Source of the DNA: Anaerolineae bacterium
Lineage (GTDB): Bacteria; Chloroflexota; Anaerolineae; UBA1429
DNA length: 64,000 nucleotides
Reading direction: 5' to 3'
Assembly (NCBI GenBank): GCA_963675785.1
Contig: OY776562.1
Location: forward strand, 2,528,001 to 2,592,000
Below the pieces are notes generated by a model. It was not told the origin of the DNA, did no database searches, and saw only the letters and a list, made by a program, of their open reading frames with translations. Numbering within the stretch: position 1 is the stretch's first letter; each line of letters opens with the position of its first letter. Position numbers and translations under genes: made by a program. Below, piece by piece: positions 57,293-64,000 of the stretch.

Positions 57293-59832
57293 TACGCCTC
57301 CCTCTGGGCGCGCATCAAGGCGATGTGCTCAGCTCCACGGGCATCCAGCCAGACGATACGCCAAAACGGCACCCAGCCCAGCCCAAACAGATCGACCTCG
57401 ACATCGGTACGGCGCGGCTTGATCTCGAACGTGGCCACTTGCTCGGCTGTCTGCTGCCAGTTGGTCTTGATCAGCTCGATCTGCTCGGCCAGTTCGGCCT
57501 CTAGTTCAGCAATGTCCTCTTGCAGAGTTTTGATATCCGCCTCAGCCTTTTCTGCCTGAAGCTTGGCCTGCGAGGTTTGGCGCTGCTTGGAAAGCACCGT
57601 CGAAGCGACACGAGTTGAACGCCTACCCAGCAGCAACCCCACCACAGACTCACCCGCCGAGACCCAGGTCTCCATCTTGCGAGACTGAGCATTCGCCTCT
57701 TTGGTAGCCAGCGTCGATTCGGCTTTGCTCATCCTCTCGCGTAGGGCATCCAGCTTGGTCTCGTAACGCGTCCGCAGCTTGTCCACCTCATCGTCGCGCA
57801 ATTCACGCGCCTGCTGCGTCAGCCTGAGCTTGAAAGCATCCTCAGTCTCGCCAGGGTGCGAGTACAACGCTGCCTGCTCAGAGTAGAATAACTCGTAACG
57901 TTCGTTATAGTAGAGGTGATCCGTCAGGTCGTTGCGCAACGCCGTAATCTCGGTGCTTTCATCGATAGCTGAGCCCAAATCCGCGAACAAGGCTTCCTCG
58001 TGGGGCTCGTCAGCGATATCACGGGGATTGATATCCACCTGTTCCGCCGCATCCCAATCCAATGAACCCATACCACCCGGCGCCTCAGCCAGAATCACAA
58101 AATCCTTGACCTCGTTGACCTCACGTTTAGCATCCACAAAGTGGACGCTGCCCTTCCCAACCAGATAGGGCTCGTAGGTCAGACGACTGGCTACCTGGGC
58201 CGCCTCGGGGTGTTCCTGACGAACCTGGGTCTCGCAGGCGCCGGCGCTGAGCTGAACGGGCAGGTACACCTGCGGAATGCGGCTATCCAAACGTGGCGGG
58301 CTGGGAGAATAGCCGGGCACCTCTTCAGCTAACAGCGGTGACTGCTCCGCCATCACCTGGCTGCTGGTTACTGCAGCCGTTGGAGCAGGTCGATCTGTTG
58401 TAGCACGGGGTGCCTCAACACTGCGGCCAGCCATGAGCATACTCACCTGCGGGCGCGTCAGCGGGCCGCGGAGATAACTCATGGCCCAGCGTGTCTGAAA
58501 GACGATGGGCTGCTCTTCATGGACGTTGTGCAGTAAAAAGACGCGCTTGTCCAGATTAGAGATGGCCTCACTCATCGCCCGCCGATCCAAGGCCTCGCCC
58601 GCTGTGTTGGATACCACCGCCAGGCCATCGAGTAGACGATCGCGGTCTTGTTCAGTCTGCAAACGGCCGATGAACCAGGTGCCAGCGTTGCTCAGGCCTT
58701 TGTAATCCAGATCTACCGGGTTTTGGGTGCAGAGGACGGTGCCCAATCCAAAAGCTCTGGCTTGTTTAAGCAGGGTCAGCAGCAACGGTTTGCTGGGAGG
58801 ATTGGCTACTGGCGGCATAAAGCCAAACACCTCGTCGATGTACAGCAGTGCCCGCAGGCTGGTGGTGCCTGACTGCTCGCGCATCCAGGTAATGAGCTGG
58901 TTGAGCAGCATGGTCATAAAGAACATGCGCTCCTGATCGCCAAGATGGGCCAGGTAAAAGATGCTGTGCCGCGGGCGACCATCGGGCGAGGTTAGCAAGC
59001 TAGGAATATCCAGTGTCTGTCCCTGAGTCCATGTCTTGAAAGAGGGCGCCGCGATGATATTGTTCAACTGCAGAGCCAGCTCAAAACGGTCTTTTTCGGG
59101 AAAGAAGGTATCCACATCAAACACGCCGATTTTTTTCAATGGCGGACTCTGCAGCGCCGTCAGCAATCGTCCCATATCCAGACTCTGACCCTGCTGCCAA
59201 AAGTACTCGAAAAGATTAGAGAGCAGCACATGTTCGCGAGAACAAAGGGGATCGGCCTGAATGCCCACCAAACCGAGGAGCGCGCTTACGGTGCCCTGAA
59301 TGCGTTCGCGCAGAGTGTCAGTGTCCGTCTCCCAGCTCAAACGGGGGGCCTCAAAGGAATGCAGTACAGAAAGAGGAATGCCGGCATCGCTGCCCGGTGT
59401 GAAAATCACAAAATCGGCAGCCTGACGCAGGCGGGCAATACGTGCCCCATCCTGGCCCCAACTAGCCAGGCCATTGCGCCACAGTTCAGCCTGGTTGGCA
59501 GCGAAATCATCGGCACTCAGTCCCTTGCGGCGAGCATCGTCCGGATTGATCCAAGGCTGAAAATCGGCTGGCGCCAAATCGGGAAAAGTAAGTAAAAGAT
59601 TAGTAAGATCTCCCTTTGGGTCGATAATAAGCGCAGGTACGCTATCCAGGGCTGCCTCTTCCAGCAAATCGACACCCAAGCCCGTTTTGCCACTGCCCGT
59701 CATACCCACACACACAGCATGAGTCGTCAGGTCACGAGAGTCGTACATTATCAACTCATCGGTGAGAGCCTTCCCCGCCAGATCGTAACCTTTACCCAGG
59801 TAAAAAGCACCGAGCTGCTCCAGATCGATCAT
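57292..59832 (-). CDS. HerA/FtsK-like (DUF87-type) P-loop ATPase with C-terminal coiled coil
   Basis: 'FYLG','THAVCVGMTGSGKTG','IIDPKGD','LYIDEVFG','LKQARAFG','TQNPVDLDYK'. Confidence 0.82.
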   Translation of the reverse strand: MIDLEQLGAFYLGKGYDLAGKALTDELIMYDSRDLTTHAVCVGMTGSGKTGLGVDLLEEAALDSVPALIIDPKGDLTNLLLTFPDLAPADFQPWINPDDARRKGLSADDFAANQAELWRNGLASWGQDGARIARLRQAADFVIFTPGSDAGIPLSVLHSFEAPRLSWETDTDTLRERIQGTVSALLGLVGIQADPLCSREHVLLSNLFEYFWQQGQSLDMGRLLTALQSPPLKKIGVFDVDTFFPEKDRFELALQLNNIIAAPSFKTWTQGQTLDIPSLLTSPDGRPRHSIFYLAHLGDQERMFFMTMLLNQLITWMREQSGTTSLRALLYIDEVFGFMPPVANPPSKPLLLTLLKQARAFGLGTVLCTQNPVDLDYKGLSNAGTWFIGRLQTEQDRDRLLDGLAVVSNTAGEALDRRAMSEAISNLDKRVFLLHNVHEEQPIVFQTRWAMSYLRGPLTRPQVSMLMAGRSVEAPRATTDRPAPTAAVTSSQVMAEQSPLLAEEVPGYSPSPPRLDSRIPQVYLPVQLSAGACETQVRQEHPEAAQVASRLTYEPYLVGKGSVHFVDAKREVNEVKDFVILAEAPGGMGSLDWDAAEQVDINPRDIADEPHEEALFADLGSAIDESTEITALRNDLTDHLYYNERYELFYSEQAALYSHPGETEDAFKLRLTQQARELRDDEVDKLRTRYETKLDALRERMSKAESTLATKEANAQSRKMETWVSAGESVVGLLLGRRSTRVASTVLSKQRQTSQAKLQAEKAEADIKTLQEDIAELEAELAEQIELIKTNWQQTAEQVATFEIKPRRTDVEVDLFGLGWVPFWRIVWLDARGAEHIALMRAQREA

Positions 59833-59859
59833 CGTTTCTCCCTTTCGCTCACTATTTCG

Positions 59860-59887
59860 AGTATAGCGTACGAGGCGATGAGGTCAA
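59860..59887 (-). promoter_or_regulatory. sigma70-type promoter for the ATPase gene
   Basis: TTGACC-16 nt-TATACT on minus strand. Confidence 0.55.
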
Positions 59888-59902
59888 TGGTAATTGACAA
59901 AG

Positions 59903-59930
59903 AAAAAGGCCTCGACTTGCATCGAGGCCT
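59903..59930 (-). terminator. Intrinsic terminator after Zn-dehydrogenase
   Basis: AGGCCTCGA/TCGAGGCCT stem with T-tract on minus strand. Confidence 0.75.
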
Positions 59931-59935
59931 CATCT

Positions 59936-60949
59936 CTAGAGTTCAATCAATATCTTGGTAAATTTCCCCGGCGCATCGTTCCAATCGGCCAGAGCTTGGC
60001 CGGCCTCTTCAAAAGGATAGACCCGCGTGATCAGTTCTTCAAAGGGGAACATGTGGCTCTCGATCATATGGATCACCGCGGGGAACTCGTGCAGGGCATT
60101 GCGCGAACCGCGCACATCCAGCTCTTTGCGCACGAAATTGGTACTATCATAAGAGACAGGCTTTTTGGCATAGCCAATGTAGACCACACGCCCGGCATAA
60201 CAAGCCGCTTCCACGGCCATTTCGTAGGTGGCGGGCAGGCCAACAGCCTCAATGGCTACCTGTACACCCTCGCCGTCAGTTAGGTTGGCGATAACCGCCA
60301 ACACATCCTCTTTGAGCGAATTGATGGTGTGTTGCGCACCAAAACGCCGGGCAATCTCGAGCTTGCCATCATCGATGTCGCTGACGATGACCCGCGCGCC
60401 CTTGCGAGCTGCCGCCGAAATGGCCCCCAGACCAATGGTACCGCAGCCGATGATCAATACTGTATCCGTCTCGCTGATCTGAGCGCGGTTGGCGGCATGG
60501 TAACCCACACTCATGGGCTCCACCAGAGCCAGCTCTTGCAACGAAAGTGTCTTCGAAGCATACACCTGTCGGTAGGGCACGCTGATCCGTGCCGTCAAGG
60601 CGCCCTCACGCTGTACGCCTAGGGTTTCGTTAAATTGGCAGCAATTCGTCCGCCCCGCGCGGCAGGCTGGGCAGTGACCGCATTCGGTATAGGGCTTGAG
60701 CGTTACGCGGTCCCCCAGCAAGAGATGGCCGGGCACATCGACACCCTTGTCCAAGATGATGCCGGCAATCTCGTGGCCCGGAACCCGCGGATAGGTCACC
60801 ATTGGCGAAGATCCGCGATAGGTGTTCAAATCGCTGCCGCACAGGCCAATGTATTTGACCTCAATGAGTACCTCATCCGGCCTCATAGTCGGCTCGGCCA
60901 AATCCACGATTCCTACACAGCCCGCTTCCAAAATCGATACAGCTTTCAT
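59936..60949 (-). CDS. Zn-dependent dehydrogenase (L-galactonate 5-dehydrogenase/YjjN-like)
   Basis: 'GLCGSD','PGHE', CxxCxxC...C, 'GCGTIG','KELDVRGSRNA'. Confidence 0.85.
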   Translation of the reverse strand: MKAVSILEAGCVGIVDLAEPTMRPDEVLIEVKYIGLCGSDLNTYRGSSPMVTYPRVPGHEIAGIILDKGVDVPGHLLLGDRVTLKPYTECGHCPACRAGRTNCCQFNETLGVQREGALTARISVPYRQVYASKTLSLQELALVEPMSVGYHAANRAQISETDTVLIIGCGTIGLGAISAAARKGARVIVSDIDDGKLEIARRFGAQHTINSLKEDVLAVIANLTDGEGVQVAIEAVGLPATYEMAVEAACYAGRVVYIGYAKKPVSYDSTNFVRKELDVRGSRNALHEFPAVIHMIESHMFPFEELITRVYPFEEAGQALADWNDAPGKFTKILIEL

Positions 60950-61030
60950 AAACACCTCTGCATTGTGCTAATCCTATCGCTCGCTGGGGTGCATTATAGC
61001 CACTTCACGAGGTTCGCGAAAGACCACTTG

Positions 61031-61059
61031 TTGACACCCTGCAGCCGCCGACTTAACAT
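61031..61059 (+). promoter_or_regulatory. sigma70-type promoter
   Basis: TTGACA-17 nt-TAACAT before 61093. Confidence 0.6.
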
Positions 61060-61092
61060 CAATGCTGGTTCGTTTTGAGGAGAGGTTAGCCG

Positions 61093-62322
61093 ATGCCCCC
61101 AGAGCAAGCACGCAGTCTGTTGATCAAGCCCGCTTCGGGTGATTGCAACCTGCACTGTACCTATTGCTTTTATCACGATCGCCCCGACGATCCCTACAAA
61201 ACACAAAAACACCATCGCATGAGCCCCGAGGTGCTGGATACGCTCATCCGCCAAGGTATGCAGCTCAACCGCACCAACGCAGCATTTGGCTGGCAGGGTG
61301 GTGAACCCACACTCTGTGGCCTGGATTTCTTTAAACAGGTGGTCAAGCTCCAGAAAAAGTATGGCTCACGTGGCCAAGTAGTGAGCAATGGCCTGCAAAC
61401 CAACGGCTTGCTGCTCAACGCCGAATGGGCCCAGTTTCTGCGTGAGTACAACTTTTTGCTCGGTGTCAGCATGGATGGCCCAGCGCGCTTTCACGACGCT
61501 TACCGCGTTTATACCAACGGAGATCCTTCCCACGAGCGCGTCATGGCCACGCTCAAGCTGCTCAGCGAGTACGAGGTACAGTACAACGTACTCACCGTCA
61601 TCAACAGCCTAAATGCCAGTCATGCCCGTGAGATGTACGATTACATGGTCACTAACGGATTCTACTACTTGCAGTTCATCCCCTGCGTCGAGGTAGACCC
61701 CGTCAGCGGCCAGATCACCGATTTCTCGGTCTCGCCCGAGCAATTTGGTGATTTTCTGTGCGAGATGTTTGATTGCTGGTACAACGACGGGGAACCTGAG
61801 ACCTCTATCCGAGATTTTGAGGCCATTGCCGCAGTATATCTGGGCCAACAGGCGCCCATGTGTTGCTATCAGGAACAGTGCGGCGGCTATTTGGTAGTCG
61901 AGTACAACGGCGACGTGTACCCCTGCGATTTTCTGGTGCGCGACGACCTCTACATGGGCAACATCATGGAGATGCCGCTGAACGATATCTTTGAGACCCA
62001 AAAGATGCGACATTTCTCGGCGCGAAAGGCAGTGCCGCGCCCCGAATGCCTGGCCTGTCCCTGGCTCATGCTCTGCAACCAGGGTTGCTATCGCTTTCTC
62101 AACCTGGACGGCTCGCGACAACATTACCTCTGCCGAGCCTACAAGCGCTTTTTTACCCATGCCCATAGCCGCCTATCGCAGTTGCGTGACCGCATCATGG
62201 TTAATCAGGGATTGAATCCCAAGCTTGCACCGCACATTCTGGGTGAAATCGGCAGAAACGATCCCTGCCCTTGTGGTTCGGGTTTGAAATACAAGGCCTG
62301 TTGCGGCAAGAACGCGCATTAA
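61093..62322 (+). CDS. Anaerobic sulfatase-maturating radical SAM/SPASM enzyme with C-terminal SEC-C motif
   Basis: 'IKPASGDCNLHCTYCFY','WQGGEPTL','QTNG','YPCD', SPASM cysteines, 'GRNDPCPCGSGLKYKACC'. Confidence 0.9.
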   Translation: MPPEQARSLLIKPASGDCNLHCTYCFYHDRPDDPYKTQKHHRMSPEVLDTLIRQGMQLNRTNAAFGWQGGEPTLCGLDFFKQVVKLQKKYGSRGQVVSNGLQTNGLLLNAEWAQFLREYNFLLGVSMDGPARFHDAYRVYTNGDPSHERVMATLKLLSEYEVQYNVLTVINSLNASHAREMYDYMVTNGFYYLQFIPCVEVDPVSGQITDFSVSPEQFGDFLCEMFDCWYNDGEPETSIRDFEAIAAVYLGQQAPMCCYQEQCGGYLVVEYNGDVYPCDFLVRDDLYMGNIMEMPLNDIFETQKMRHFSARKAVPRPECLACPWLMLCNQGCYRFLNLDGSRQHYLCRAYKRFFTHAHSRLSQLRDRIMVNQGLNPKLAPHILGEIGRNDPCPCGSGLKYKACCGKNAH

Positions 62323-62341
62323 GGCGCGAGGAGGCTGAAAC

Positions 62342-63784
62342 GTGTTCGTTCTCGGTATCGATATTGGCACACAGGGCACCCGCTGTATCATCAGCGATGT
62401 AAATGGCCACATCTCCAATCAGGCAGAACTAACTTTCCCCGCTAAAACAGCTATCCCAAAAGCTGATGGACATTTCGAGCAGGATCCGGACATGTGGCAT
62501 CGTGCGATGCTGACCGTGATAAAAGAGGCCGTTTCCTCCTTTACAGCGAACGGTCATCAGGCTAGCGAGATTCGGGCCATCTCGGCCACTTCGACCTCGG
62601 GCACGCTGTGCCTGACAGATAAGCAGGGGCAGACGCTGGGCCTCGCCATCATGTATTCTGATAATCGCGCACAAAGCGTCATGGAGCAGCTCCATCAGGA
62701 CGGCGCCTCCCAGGAAGAAAAGCTGGGTATTCGTTATGCGGCTTCTTTTGCCCTGGCCCGCCTCTACTGGCTGCGCAAGAACGAACCCGCTCTGCTGGCC
62801 CAAGCCCGCTGGGCCGCCAGTCCCACCGACCTAGCCCTGCAGTGGCTGGGCGCCAAACCCGGCATTACCGACTGGAGCAACGCCCTCAAGACCGGCTATG
62901 ATATTGCTGAATTCGAGTGGCCCGCTTTTATTCCCACGGAAATCCGCAGCCTACTGCCCGAGGTGGTCGCACCGGGTACGGTGATTGGCGCCGTGTCAGT
63001 ACCCATTGCCGATGAACTTGGCCTCCATCCCGGAACGCTGCTGGTAGCTGGGGCCAGCGATGGCACGGCCGCCCAGTTGGCTAGCGGAGCCGTCAATCCC
63101 GGCGATTGGAATACCACCATCGGCACCACGCTGGTGATCAAAGGTGTCACCGAAAACTTGTTGCGCGATCCATTAGGGCGAGTGTATTGTCATCGCCACC
63201 CCGAGGGGCACTGGCTGCCCGGCGGCGCCTCAAACACCGGCGCTGACTGCATTGTCAGGCGCTTTGACAACCCCGACTTGTTGGATGCCAGTCCGCTGCC
63301 GTTAGAACCTATTGACGCTATCGTCTACCCTCTAGAACGCCGCGGCGAGCGTTTTCCCTTTGTGGCGCCGCAAGCCGAGGGTTTTGTGCTGGGTGAACTC
63401 CCCGATGAGCCCGTCTACCAATATCGCGCTTATCTAGAAGGTCTGGCATATTTGGAGCGATTGGCTTACGATACACTAGAATCGCTCGGTGCTATTGTGG
63501 GCAAGCGCATCTACTCCGTCGGTGGTGCCACCAAAAGCCGCACTGGCTGCCAATTGCGCGCCGACATCTTGCAGCTTGAGATCGTCGTACCCGAAGCAGC
63601 CTCTGGTGCTATGGGCGCAGCCATCCTGGCTGCGTGTGGCTGTGCCTACGGGCTGCTCTCTGATGCCACAAAGCACATGGTTCACATTAGCCAGTGTGTA
63701 GCTCCACGGACGCAGTACCAGGTTGATTATGATTCAAACTACCAGCGTTTTGTAACTGCCTTGAAAGAACGGGGATATCTGTGA
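62342..63784 (+). CDS. FGGY-family carbohydrate kinase
   Basis: 'LGIDIGTQG','TSTSGT','SDGTAAQ','GTTLV','GGASNTG','VGGAT'. Confidence 0.88.
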   Translation: MFVLGIDIGTQGTRCIISDVNGHISNQAELTFPAKTAIPKADGHFEQDPDMWHRAMLTVIKEAVSSFTANGHQASEIRAISATSTSGTLCLTDKQGQTLGLAIMYSDNRAQSVMEQLHQDGASQEEKLGIRYAASFALARLYWLRKNEPALLAQARWAASPTDLALQWLGAKPGITDWSNALKTGYDIAEFEWPAFIPTEIRSLLPEVVAPGTVIGAVSVPIADELGLHPGTLLVAGASDGTAAQLASGAVNPGDWNTTIGTTLVIKGVTENLLRDPLGRVYCHRHPEGHWLPGGASNTGADCIVRRFDNPDLLDASPLPLEPIDAIVYPLERRGERFPFVAPQAEGFVLGELPDEPVYQYRAYLEGLAYLERLAYDTLESLGAIVGKRIYSVGGATKSRTGCQLRADILQLEIVVPEAASGAMGAAILAACGCAYGLLSDATKHMVHISQCVAPRTQYQVDYDSNYQRFVTALKERGYL

Positions 63785-64000
63785 GTATTTTCAAAGCCTG
63801 CGACGTGCGCGGCATTTACAACAAGGACCTGGACGATGATATTACCTATCGTCTGGGGCAGGCCCTTGGTATGCGGCTGCAGGGTCAAAGGGCGGTAGTC
63901 GGCGGTGATCTGCGCCTCAGCACACCACCTCTCAAAGATGCGCTAATTCGAGGCATGATGGAGGCCGGCGTACACGTGCTGGATGTAGGCATTGTGCCCA
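63781..64000 (+). CDS. Phosphomannomutase/phosphoglucomutase, 5' part (truncated by window end)
   Basis: GTG start overlapping the kinase stop; translates MSIFKACDVRGIY...VVGGDLRLST...DVGIVP. Confidence 0.85.
   Translation, partial: MSIFKACDVRGIYNKDLDDDITYRLGQALGMRLQGQRAVVGGDLRLSTPPLKDALIRGMMEAGVHVLDVGIVP

Noticed and set aside
1-64000. CRISPR arrays, tRNA/rRNA, transposases, integrases, prophage genes
   Set aside because: No regularly spaced repeats, cloverleaf/rRNA signatures or mobile-element motifs were seen by eye.

Overview
Bacterial chromosomal segment, most likely Chloroflexota/Anaerolineae (inferred from Pro/Thr-rich multi-LysM protein, a C-terminal 'IYVPLTVKN' tail and the gene repertoire). 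It holds about 50 CDS and no recognisable rRNA, tRNA, CRISPR array, transposase or integrase. Content: (i) pectin/uronate/sugar catabolism with many local paralogs (3 oligogalacturonate lyases, 2 GH4, PL26-like lyase, YesU-like protein, dehydrogenases, a dehydratase, 3 OppB-type permeases); (ii) housekeeping plsC-ybeY-rph; (iii) an ECF-transporter/coaX/coaBC/P1-peptidase operon. The most notable signals are non-coding or motif-level. A pan-motif-like double-bulged-A hairpin sits in a complete terminator/antiterminator switch before the CoA operon (24173-24350), and that operon ends in a ThnT-like putative pantetheine hydrolase. A perfect-consensus promoter drives an unannotated 24-aa leader ORF plus terminator/antiterminator before the Opp-type ABC operon (51041-51224). 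There is also a DnaA-box cluster with no dnaA nearby (19848-19995), a sulfatase-fold protein with Thr replacing the catalytic Cys/Ser, and a LexA-type box before a YprB/MrfB-like exonuclease. All functional calls are by motif recognition only; no searches were run.
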